A stretch of 64,000 bases of DNA from an uncultured Armatimonadetes bacterium. GTDB lineage: Bacteria > Armatimonadota > Fimbriimonadia > Fimbriimonadales > Fimbriimonadaceae. The notes under the pieces were generated by a model, which saw only the letters and a list, made by a program, of their open reading frames with translations, was not told where the DNA came from and searched no databases. Below are positions 1-9,500 of the stretch, piece by piece; within the stretch, counting starts at the first letter, position 1, and each line of letters opens with the position of its first letter. The stretch lies in assembly GCA_903833215.1 (NCBI GenBank), contig CAILEM010000125.1, positions 10,743-74,742 of the forward strand. The letters are read 5' to 3'. The translations under genes and the position numbers were made by a program.

Positions 1-766
1 CAAGCTCCTGGCACATCTCGAAGGTCGATGGGATACCTACCGCTTCGACGACCGTGTCGACACCTCGCCCCTGAGTCAGTGCCATGATTCTTTCAATGGC
101 CGGTTCGATCTTACTGTTGATCGTCGCGGTCGCACCGAGACGCTTTGCGACTTCAAGCCGGTTGTCATCGACGTCGATCATGTAGATTGCGCCCGGTGAA
201 TAGAGCTGAGCGGCAAGCAAGGTGGCGATACCAATGGGGCCACTTCCGACGATGGCGAGAGTTGAACCAGGTCCAACTTTGCCAAGGAGTACTCCGCACT
301 CAAAGGCGGTCGGAAGGACATCGCTCAGCATGACCAGAGGCTCTTCCTCGGCATTCCTCGGTATGTGATACAAGCTCGTATCAGCGTGCGGCGTTCGCAC
401 AAACTGAGCTTGCGTGCCGTCGATTCGATTTCCCAGGATCCAGCCGCCGGTCGTGCAATGTGAGTACATCCCCTTACGGCAGTTCTCACATATCCCGCAC
501 GAGGTGATACACGAGATCAAGACATGATCTCCTGGGTGAAAAGCCGTAACACCAGAGCCGACTGACTCGATGATGCCGATGCCTTCGTGCCCCAAAATTC
601 GTCCTGGGTCACAACTTGGAACATCACCTTTTAGGATGTGAAGATCGGTTCCACAAATGGTGGTCTTGACCATTCGGACAATTGCGTCGCCCGAGTCAAC
701 GATGACAGGTTTCGGGCGGTCTTCGATCGACTTGTGGCCAATGCCGCCGTAGACGAATGCTTTCAT
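1..766 (-). CDS. Zn-dependent alcohol dehydrogenase (medium-chain dehydrogenase/reductase family), N-terminal part only; the C-terminus lies beyond the window start
   Basis: Absent from the ORF track because it runs off the window. Reverse-complement translation from the ATG at 766..764 reads MKAFVYGGIGHKSIEDRPKPV..TTICGTDLHILKGD..GHEGIGIIESVG (catalytic Zn site), CGICENCRKG (structural Zn cysteines), IVGSGPIGI (Rossmann GxGxxG). Open down to position 2. Confidence 0.85.
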   Translation of the reverse strand, partial: MKAFVYGGIGHKSIEDRPKPVIVDSGDAIVRMVKTTICGTDLHILKGDVPSCDPGRILGHEGIGIIESVGSGVTAFHPGDHVLISCITSCGICENCRKGMYSHCTTGGWILGNRIDGTQAQFVRTPHADTSLYHIPRNAEEEPLVMLSDVLPTAFECGVLLGKVGPGSTLAIVGSGPIGIATLLAAQLYSPGAIYMIDVDDNRLEVAKRLGATATINSKIEPAIERIMALTQGRGVDTVVEAVGIPSTFEMCQEL

Positions 767-1006
767 TATCGGAGGGGGTGTCAATCCCGAACCCCCAGTC
801 CGTTCTGGAGAGATGGTGCTCATGTTGCCCTCGTATTCAATTGCTGTCAAAGCGTATCCAGTCGATCTGGACGTTCTTGGCAGCTCCTAAATCATTAGGC
901 AGGTGATAAGTCGACGGGTTCCATGGAGGTCCGATAATGTGTGTGGCTAGTTCCTTGCACGTCATTCATTAATTCCTCATCTGGAATCATTATCTTGGTG
1001 GCATTC

Positions 1007-3058
1007 ATGAGACGGATGTGTTTTTCAAAGCTACTTGGTTTGTATGCAGTGTCGTGTGCCTCTGTTTGCCTGTCGTCTGCTGCACCCGGAATACCAGAGA
1101 AGGGACGCACGTATCAGGACCTCCACATCCCACAAGCCATCACGGGGTCCAACTTCCAGATCAACTTGCACAAGTCCAGCAAGTCATTCTGGAAAGGAGC
1201 CACGACCAAGACTTACGGCTACAACAAGGAGAGTTTCTGGGGCCCGACCCTTATCTTCAATCAAGGGGATACAGTAAAGGTCGATGTCAAGAACGATCTC
1301 GACGAGCCGATGACCAATCACTGGCATGGGCTTCACATACCGGCCGCCGTTGACGGAGGGCCTCACCAAATAATCGCGCCAGGAACCACTTGGTCACCGA
1401 GTTTCAAGGTCCAAAACCACGCTGGCACCTATTGGTATCACCCCCACGTTCACGAGAAGACTCAGAAGCAAATCACTTATGGTGCTGGTGGACTGATCAT
1501 CATTCGTGATCCGGAAGAATCAGCTCTCAAGCTGCCTCGCACTTATGGAGTCGATGATATTCCGCTCGTTCTGACGAGCCGACGCTTCTATCCGAACAAT
1601 GAGTTCAGCTTTGAAGGAGACAATGACAAATACGGCGACTACCTACTCGCCAACGGAACGCTGGATGCAAAAGTCAGTCTGCCTGCCCAATTCGTTCGAT
1701 TTCGAATTCTGAATGCGGAGGTCGAACGTGGATATAACCTCGGATTTCGTGATAGCCGTCCATTTTTGGTGATCGCCACAGATGGTGGATTGGTCGAAAA
1801 ACCCATTCCGCTGCAGCGGATGATGCTGATGCCAGGCGAGCGTGTGGAAATTTTGGTAAACCTCGGCAAAGACAAGGTGGGTACTTCGCTAGACCTAATG
1901 GCCTTCAATGCGGGACATCCGTTCGGATTCCCGGGTGGCGAGCCCACCGACGATCGGCCGAATGGAAGCTATTTGAATAATATCGATTTCCAAATATTGC
2001 GCATTCAGGTCAAATCAGCTACCCCAAATGCTGTGGCAGATATTCCGAGCACCTTGGTCAAAACCTCTTTTCTCAATGAGTCCGATGTGACCAACAAGCG
2101 AATACTAAACATCACCGGCGGACGCCCGGATTTTTCGTTTGACAATCGCCCGTACAAGATGCACCTGGTCAACCAAGTTGTCAAGCTGGGTGCAACTGAG
2201 AAGTGGACGATTCAGAACAACAACATCTTTGGGCATTCGTTTCACATTCATGATGTGCAATTCCAGATCGTATCAAGGAGTTCAGGCAAGGTCGCTGAAT
2301 ATGAGCGTGGCTGGAAGGATACGGTTTATATTCCCCGCAGTGAGTCCGTGAGCTTCATTGCCAAATTCGATGACTTCGAAAGCGACATGGATTCGTACAT
2401 GTACCACTGCCACATGTCGAATCATGAGGATGGTGGGCTGATGGGGGAGTTCATCGTTTCGAAAAACCCCAACTCGCCCACGGCGATCGCTTTCCGGGAG
2501 GGTCGCGAGCATCCGGTGACAGAAGAGATGGCCCGGGCTGCAAACTCAACAGCTGGGAAGCTGGCCCCAGTCTTTCACCTGATTTCTTCGGGGCCTAACG
2601 GAACAGTTGCGAGCAGCCTCGCTACCACCAAACCTGTCGTCCTGTTCTTCATCGAACTCCAGTGCCCCTGTTCAAAAGACGCCACGGTGTTTATCAACGA
2701 ACTCGCCAGCAAGTATTCGGATGTTTGTCAGGTCGTGGGAGTCATCAACTCCAATGAAGCCTTGGCGCGGCAATGGTGTGCCGAGGCCGGATGCAAGTTT
2801 CCCGTTATTCCAGACCCAAGTCTCAAGCTCATCACCGCTTATGGAGCGAAAAGTAGTGTGCACACGACGCTTATTGAGCCAGGTGGCAAAATCGCAAAAA
2901 CCTATCCTGGTTACAGCAAGGCGATGCTCTTGGAATTGGAAACTCGAGTTGCTGCCCTTGGCAAAACGAAACTGCGAGGATCTGATTTTTCAAAAGCGAG
3001 TAATAAGTTGCTATCAGGTTGCCCTTTTGGTTTCTCGGTCGCCTCAAAGGAACATTGA
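1007..3058 (+). CDS. Multicopper oxidase (CueO/laccase-like) with a C-terminal thioredoxin/redoxin-fold extension
   Basis: Track ORF 941..3058. Cu-site motifs HWHGLH, WYHPHVH, HSFHIHD, HCHMSNHEDGGLM. The in-frame ATG at 1007 gives a signal-like N-terminus (MRRMCFSKLLGLYAVSCASVCLSSAAPG). The C-terminal ~170 aa reads KPVVLFFIELQCPCSKD..VVGVINS..FPVIPDP..YGA, a redoxin-like pattern. Confidence 0.85.
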   Translation: MRRMCFSKLLGLYAVSCASVCLSSAAPGIPEKGRTYQDLHIPQAITGSNFQINLHKSSKSFWKGATTKTYGYNKESFWGPTLIFNQGDTVKVDVKNDLDEPMTNHWHGLHIPAAVDGGPHQIIAPGTTWSPSFKVQNHAGTYWYHPHVHEKTQKQITYGAGGLIIIRDPEESALKLPRTYGVDDIPLVLTSRRFYPNNEFSFEGDNDKYGDYLLANGTLDAKVSLPAQFVRFRILNAEVERGYNLGFRDSRPFLVIATDGGLVEKPIPLQRMMLMPGERVEILVNLGKDKVGTSLDLMAFNAGHPFGFPGGEPTDDRPNGSYLNNIDFQILRIQVKSATPNAVADIPSTLVKTSFLNESDVTNKRILNITGGRPDFSFDNRPYKMHLVNQVVKLGATEKWTIQNNNIFGHSFHIHDVQFQIVSRSSGKVAEYERGWKDTVYIPRSESVSFIAKFDDFESDMDSYMYHCHMSNHEDGGLMGEFIVSKNPNSPTAIAFREGREHPVTEEMARAANSTAGKLAPVFHLISSGPNGTVASSLATTKPVVLFFIELQCPCSKDATVFINELASKYSDVCQVVGVINSNEALARQWCAEAGCKFPVIPDPSLKLITAYGAKSSVHTTLIEPGGKIAKTYPGYSKAMLLELETRVAALGKTKLRGSDFSKASNKLLSGCPFGFSVASKEH

Positions 3059-3107
3059 GAGTCTTCCTCAACAGGGCTCGGTGTGAAATTCATCGCAGCA
3101 GTACCAG

Positions 3108-4061
3108 CTAATTAGGTCGTTCGCGCTCCGTGAGAATGATGGAAAGGCTTCGCTCAATTCCCACAAATTCGAAGGTGTGGGCAAGAGAGCGGAGATACTT
3201 CACCCCCACATAAGAGTCGGGATGTTGGGCCAAGTACCCAATTGTGAGACCTGCCATGATTCCAGGGTAGCTAGGGACCTTTTTGACACCATTGCCACCT
3301 TCGGCCATAGCGATCGAATAATCCAAGTCGTCGAAAGCGTTGGCAGAAGAAGCCGCAAAGGCGTTCATGACCCGCATGAACTCCGATTTCCTCGGCATTA
3401 GCCACTCTGTCTTGCTGGTCCGACCCTTATCATCTGTCATCGTGAGGGTCACACGTTGGTCGGTCATCAGCGAGATATGTTGCTGCAGGTACATGCCTAG
3501 CGGCTTGCTGTAAAAACATCCAAAAGGTAGGCCCTTGACGCTACCACTGGTTGCTGAAATAGGCTCCAATTTTTTCTCGGGCATTCCCTTGATTTGCACA
3601 GTCACTTGGACTGTCTTCACTTGGCCGTCTTGAACCCAAGAAATTGGAAGCGAGCCATCTCTAAAAAGACCAATGTTGCCAACCAAGGCATTTTTCACGT
3701 TGTGAGGAGCGAAAACGGAAAATACCGCTGGACCCGCTCCAGTGTCGTTGGTTGGAACAATCTGCACCAACGTTCGAGATGCTGAATTGCCCATGTTCGT
3801 AGGCTTTTCGGGTACCGAGAAAACAGATGGGCCCCTCAACACGATTCGCCGGTCGTCGAGAATAAATACCGCTTCTGCACCCTCTTCCTGTACCTCCAAG
3901 CGGTCCCCTCGACCCAAGCGCACGCAATGATCTGTATCGACCGATTTTAGGATTCTTGGAGCCTCAGAGGCATGAGTGAATTTCAGCGTTCCCCGAATCG
4001 ACGCGATGTAACCTCGATCTACGGTGAACAGGGCGTAAACGGCTAATGAAGTCAATAACAT
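3108..4061 (-). CDS. Hypothetical membrane-anchored protein (N-terminal TM helix; the first ~90 aa loosely resemble a FecR-type beta-sandwich)
   Basis: 317-aa ORF with a hydrophobic N-terminus (MLLTSLAVYALFTV). I recognise no catalytic motif. Confidence 0.5.
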   Translation of the reverse strand: MLLTSLAVYALFTVDRGYIASIRGTLKFTHASEAPRILKSVDTDHCVRLGRGDRLEVQEEGAEAVFILDDRRIVLRGPSVFSVPEKPTNMGNSASRTLVQIVPTNDTGAGPAVFSVFAPHNVKNALVGNIGLFRDGSLPISWVQDGQVKTVQVTVQIKGMPEKKLEPISATSGSVKGLPFGCFYSKPLGMYLQQHISLMTDQRVTLTMTDDKGRTSKTEWLMPRKSEFMRVMNAFAASSANAFDDLDYSIAMAEGGNGVKKVPSYPGIMAGLTIGYLAQHPDSYVGVKYLRSLAHTFEFVGIERSLSIILTERERPN

Positions 4062-4185
4062 GCTTATCTCAAGTTGGCGCGGCCGAAAAATGGCTCCGGC
4101 AAGGCTACCTGTCTGTTAACGATCTTCTCAATCCAAAAGTGTCTAGGCTCTGCTGAGGTAGAACTCCGTTCTTCATCTACAGCAA

Positions 4186-6447
4186 TTGACTTCACAGCCA
4201 CGAGGGAATTTTCGACCAATGATTCGATACGCTTGCCATAAATTAATGACGCTTGTAGGAACTGGTTTCGCCATCTTTGCATCCTGTACTTCTGCTCTCG
4301 CCCAAGAATTACACATTCCAGGTGTGAGCACGCCACGGAGCCAGAATCGCCATAACGTGCTATCGGGGTCTCGTCTCGGTCATCGCCCCCTAGTTTCTAT
4401 CGGCAGTGGCAAGATCTGGTATTCCGAAGGCCCAGATCCCTTAGGCGCGAATGGCTGGACTTTGACACAAGTGCGTCAGATCAACTCGTCTGGGTCTGGA
4501 GATCAGAACCTCGCCGATGTGTCGCCAAACCTTCATACGGCCAAGCCGAATCCTGCTGTTCCAGGTGAATGGATCTTCACTTACATCACCAATAATCAAA
4601 CCGGGATCTTCCGAACATCTGGAAGCCTTCCCAAATCGGATGCCGATCTATCCTCGGCGAAAGTCATTGTTCCTACCCAAGACATCGTTGGTGTTTGCAT
4701 TGACCCTTCCAACGACGGAAAGACCCTGTACTATACGGCGATTTCCGCTTCAGGCGGTATCGGACATCTATGTTCGATTCCGATGACCGGGGGCACTCCC
4801 AAGGTGTTGGATAACTCTGCCTATGGAATGCTGCAGGTCAACCCAAGCGGTACGAAAATCGCTTACGCAGAGTTGAACCTAAATCTTCTGACTGCATACC
4901 TCTATGTGTGTGATATCGATGGGTCTAACAAGAAGTGTCTGACGCCGAACGCCACGTATGCCGCTTCCTTTGGTGTCCCGGCTTGGAACCACTCGGGCAC
5001 GAAACTGACCTGCATCCGATACGATGGAAGCACTGGACTTAACTCCGACCTTTTCGCGGTCAACCCAGATGGATCTGGACTTGCGAACCTAACGAATACC
5101 GCGAATTCGGACGAAGCGATCGCTGCTTACAGTCCTGACGATACGCAAATCGTTTTTTCACAGACCAGCAACAGCACTGGAGACAGCAACTTGATGCTTG
5201 CCAAAGCGGATGGTACGAACGCGAAAATCCTCCACACCGCAGCCGCAGGCGAATACATCGGGCTGATCTACTGGCCAAGTTCACCAACTCAAGCAGTTAG
5301 CTTGGCGAGCTTAACCCTGGACCCAACCACGGTTGTTGGAGGAGGGACGTCGACCGGAACGGTGACCCTTAACGGCAAGGCGCCAAGCGGAGGTGCGCTC
5401 GTCAGCCTACAATCAGATAGCTCTGCAGCGTCTGTTGGTGCCAGCGTTACCATTCCGGCGGGTGGAAGCTCAGCAACCTTTACAGTGTCGACTGCCAATT
5501 CTCAAGCAGACCAATCGGCACATATTTCCGCTTCCTACTCAGGTAAATCCGTCACGGCGGCACTGACGATCAAGGGGCAGTCCATCGTTGGGTTGAGCGT
5601 TTCTCCAAGCAGCGTTGCGAGTGGTAGTAGCTCACCGATAACAGGTCACGTCGATTTGTCGTCTCCTGCACCCAATTCAGGAGTTAAGGTGAATTTGAGC
5701 TCCAATAGCTCCAGCATTACGGTCCCAGCATCTGTGACGGTGCCATCCGGCCAGACTGGAGCCAACTTTAGCGTAACTGCTAAGAAGGTAACTGCCGAGA
5801 CAAACGCGACGATCACGGGGACGTGGAATTCTTCGAGTGCTTCCACCAATATTCGAATTTTCGTTTCGACGATCAAGGCGCTGAAACTTTCCTCCACGTC
5901 GGTCACTGGCGGAAATTCGGTGACAGCGACGATTACCCTTAACGGAGCGGCTGGATCATCTGGTCAAACGGTTTCGCTCGTCACTGCAGATCCCAGCAGC
6001 ACAAGCGTTCCGGACTCTATCGTTGTTCCCGCCGGCGCCAATACGGTTAGCTTTACCGTGAACACTACTGGAGTATCTTCCGATCATTCGGCGACGATTA
6101 CTGCTTCAACCGGCTCCGTATCGCAAAAGACGGTCCTGACTGTCAAAGCACCGACCCTCAGTTCGGTTAGCTTAAACCCGACATCGGTAATCGGCGGGTC
6201 CGCATCCACGGTGACGGGCACGGTGACACTTACTGGAAAGGCACCGGCAGGTGGACTGCTTGTTAACTTGAAGTCCAGTTCTGCATCAGCGGCAAAGACG
6301 CCAGCAAACGTTACGATTCCGGCTGGTTCGACAGCGGGCACTTTTAGTGTCACGCATTCAAAGGTAAAGGCAACGGTGAGTGCAACCATTACGGCATCGA
6401 AGGGGACGCTCTCCAAGACGGCGACGCTTAAGGTGACCAAGGGCTAG
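4186..6447 (+). CDS. Secreted TolB-like (PD40/WD40-like) beta-propeller protein with four C-terminal tandem Ig-like modules
   Basis: 753-aa ORF. Signal peptide MTLVGTGFAIFASCTSALAQ; the real start is probably the internal Met at 4219 or 4246. Recurrent PD40-like strands (NPSGTKIAYA, NHSGTKLTCI, SPDDTQIVFS). Four ~95-aa S/T/G/V-rich repeats follow. Confidence 0.75.
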   Translation: MTSQPRGNFRPMIRYACHKLMTLVGTGFAIFASCTSALAQELHIPGVSTPRSQNRHNVLSGSRLGHRPLVSIGSGKIWYSEGPDPLGANGWTLTQVRQINSSGSGDQNLADVSPNLHTAKPNPAVPGEWIFTYITNNQTGIFRTSGSLPKSDADLSSAKVIVPTQDIVGVCIDPSNDGKTLYYTAISASGGIGHLCSIPMTGGTPKVLDNSAYGMLQVNPSGTKIAYAELNLNLLTAYLYVCDIDGSNKKCLTPNATYAASFGVPAWNHSGTKLTCIRYDGSTGLNSDLFAVNPDGSGLANLTNTANSDEAIAAYSPDDTQIVFSQTSNSTGDSNLMLAKADGTNAKILHTAAAGEYIGLIYWPSSPTQAVSLASLTLDPTTVVGGGTSTGTVTLNGKAPSGGALVSLQSDSSAASVGASVTIPAGGSSATFTVSTANSQADQSAHISASYSGKSVTAALTIKGQSIVGLSVSPSSVASGSSSPITGHVDLSSPAPNSGVKVNLSSNSSSITVPASVTVPSGQTGANFSVTAKKVTAETNATITGTWNSSSASTNIRIFVSTIKALKLSSTSVTGGNSVTATITLNGAAGSSGQTVSLVTADPSSTSVPDSIVVPAGANTVSFTVNTTGVSSDHSATITASTGSVSQKTVLTVKAPTLSSVSLNPTSVIGGSASTVTGTVTLTGKAPAGGLLVNLKSSSASAAKTPANVTIPAGSTAGTFSVTHSKVKATVSATITASKGTLSKTATLKVTKG
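5290..6444 (+). repeat. Four tandem, diverged ~94-98-codon coding repeats (Ig-like modules) inside the TolB-like gene
   Basis: Modules start near 5290, 5578, 5869 and 6151. Shared pattern: L.L.P..V.GG...TGTVTL.G.AP.GG..V.L.S....A.....VTIPAG...A.F.V.T......A.I.AS......A.L.. Similarity is at the protein level; the DNA copies are not identical. Confidence 0.8.
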
Positions 6448-6588
6448 GTGCCAATTCAGTAACGATCCGGTCTGGATTGAGGGCAACTCCGCTCAAATAG
6501 GGTTGCCCTCTCCCATGTCCAGTGACGAGACATCTATTCGTTGACAAAACACAGACTCAAGCCAACGGAATAGGCGCAAAATGGCCCT

Positions 6589-9500
6589 ATGGCATTGTGG
6601 CCCCTCGCTCTTCTCGTTTCGGGATACGCTGGACAGGCGGATGCAAGTCTGCCACCGACTGTTCATCCCCAGTGGGCAGTAGATTTGGCGTGGACGCAAA
6701 AGACCCCTACCCGACAAAGGATCTGCCTCAATGGCCTATGGCGATGGCAACCCGGTACGGATACTTTGCCGACCGGATCGTGGGGATGGTTCAAAGTGCC
6801 GGGCTGCTGGCCAGGAATCGGCGATTACATGCAGAAAGACTGTCAGACAGTCTTCACTCATTCAGCTTGGGACAAAGAAAACCTTGGGCGGCTGACTTCA
6901 GCCTGGTATCAGCGTGAAATCACTGTCCCCGCCAACTGGTCCGGTCGACGGATTTCAATCAAAGCAGCTTACGTGAATTCTCTCGCGACCGTCTTCGTCG
7001 ATGGCAAGCCAGCGGGCGCAATCTCCTTTCCTGGCGGCGAACTAGACCTCACCAAGTTCGCGAGGGCCGGAAGGAAGCACAGCCTGACCATGCAGGTTGT
7101 CGCGCTGCCATTGAAAGCCGTGATGCTCTCTTACAGCGATACCAACGCGGCAAAGCTGATGAAGGCGACTGTCGAACGGAGGGGGCTTTGCGGCGACGTC
7201 TTTCTGGAAAGTTCGCCGCTGAAATCGAGGATTGACGATGTCCAAGTTCAAACCTCGGTTCGAAAGTGGAATCTCACTGTAGGCGCAACCACCTCAAATT
7301 TCGATCGAACAAAGAAGGTCCGCTTGAAAGTGCGGGTTCTTGACCATGGCGTCCTTGTCGACACGCACACGTCCGAGCCCATGGCACCCACGTCGAACCT
7401 CAAGTTCACCTATCCCTGGCATCCGGGCAAGCTTTGGGACATTCATACACCCCAGAACCAATACGACCTAGAGCTTAGCCTGCTCGACAGTTCCGGAAAA
7501 GTCCTTGACGTCCAACCACCGAAGCGGTTCGGATTTCGGGAACTTTGGATCAAGGGAAAAGACTTTGTCCTCAACAACAAACGGATCTTTTGGTCGTGTG
7601 TGCCCCTCGACAACGCCGCCGTTAGTGCTGGTCTGGCAAGCTACGAGGGCGCGAAAGAGTCCCTGCGTCGACTAAAGAGTTTTGGGATCAACATGGTTTA
7701 CACCCATAACTACGACTGTAAACCAGGCTCGAATCTGTCTTTTGACGAAATCCTAAGAGCGGCCGACGATGTTGGAATTTTGGTTGCGTTGACTCAACCG
7801 CACTTTGCAGATTACGACTGGGCGGCACCCGGCGCGGAACAGAACAACGGTTACGCACGCCATGCTGCCTATTTTGCAAGCGTCGCCGGAAGCCACCCAT
7901 CCGTCATCGCCTACGCAACGAGCCACAACGCAACCGGCTATGCGGAGGCAACGAATCCTGACCACATTGATGGCAGCTATGAGGTTCGAGATTCCTGGGC
8001 GTTCAGCAACATGAAGAAGGCGCTTCGGGCGCAGGCGATTATCCAGAAGGTCGACCCGTCACGCATCGTCTATCACCATTCTTCCGGCAACCTCGGGTCG
8101 ATGCACACGATGAACTTCTATCTGAATTTCGTTCCGATTCAGGAGATGTCGGATTGGTACGAGCATTGGTCCACGGTGGGAGTGAAACCGGCGTTCATGG
8201 TCGAGTACGGCGTTCCATTCTCTTGGGATTGGTCCACCTATCGGGGTTGGTACAACGGAGAACGCAGCTTTGGTAGTGCCCAGGTTCCGTGGGAATACAC
8301 GATGGCGGAATGGAACTCCCAGTTCTTAGGCGATCAAGCCTATGCGGTATCGGAGGCGGAAAAGCGAAACATCCGTTGGGAGGCCAACAAGTTCAAAACT
8401 AGCAAAGGCTGGTTCCGGTGGGATTATCCGTATCCCATGGGCTCGAACCATCCTGACTTCGAGATGCAGCAGGAAGTTTGGGCACGCTACACCATCGACA
8501 ATTGGCGTGCGTTTCGCACGTGGGGCGTTTCCGGCATCAGCCCGTGGGAGACGTACGGAATCTTCTGGCGGCTCAAGGACGGCGTCAATCGCGGACGGGT
8601 GGAACTTAAGACGGACTGGGACCACTTGCAGCGCCCGGGCTACAGCCCAGACTACATCGACGGAAGGTACGAACGAAGAGATTTGGCCTACAAGGAGTCC
8701 GATTGGGTTCCGACGACAGGTGGAAAGGGCTTAATTGCAGCCAACGGAGAGGTGCTGGCCTATATTGGAGGCAAGCCGGGAGCGTTCACTGACAAGTCGC
8801 ATAACTTCCATGCCGGAGAAGTGTTTGAAAAGCAGAGCATCCTCGTAAACAATTCGAGAGAACCGCAGCAATGGGTTCTAAGTTGGATTTTCGGATCCGG
8901 AATTGAAGCCACATCTGCCAGCGGTAACCAGGTTCCGAAGGTGCAAGCACCGGGACCATTTATGCCAGGGACTATCAATAGTTCCCCATTGAAGCTAAAG
9001 GTGTCTTCGCATCTACCAGCCGGTGAATACAGAGTCAGCATCGCTTACTCAGTGGTTAAAAAGGAGGCTTCCATGGGTGTCGATGAATTCAAAATTAACG
9101 TCCTGCCGCCAACTCCAAGGGTCGCGGCGATTCGCAACTTAGGAGTTTATGACCCGGCTGGAGAAACCACCACGCTATTGGCGAGCCTTGGGTTGTCTGG
9201 GAGATCCGTCAAGGAGAATGCTGACCTCCAGGGACTAGATGTACTCATTGTTGGAAAGGGGGCCCTTACCATCGAAGGAGGCGGCCTCGACCTTGCCCGT
9301 GTTCGTACCGGACTCAAAGTCGTCGTCTTCGAGCAGTCGAGTGAGGTTCTTGAAAAGCGATTCGGCTTTCGGGTCCAGGAATATGGACTGCGGAATGTGT
9401 TTGAACGATTGATGCACCCGATTTTGAATGGACTGACCGACGATCACCTTCGAGACTGGCGCGGCGAGTCGACGATCGTGCCTCATCAACGAGACTACAA

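Noticed and set aside
4064-4336. 90-aa minus-strand ORF ending 2 nt before the 3108..4061 gene start
   Set aside because: The tight spacing is suggestive. However, it overlaps the signal-peptide region of the TolB-like gene on the other strand and has no motif or convincing composition. Left uncalled.
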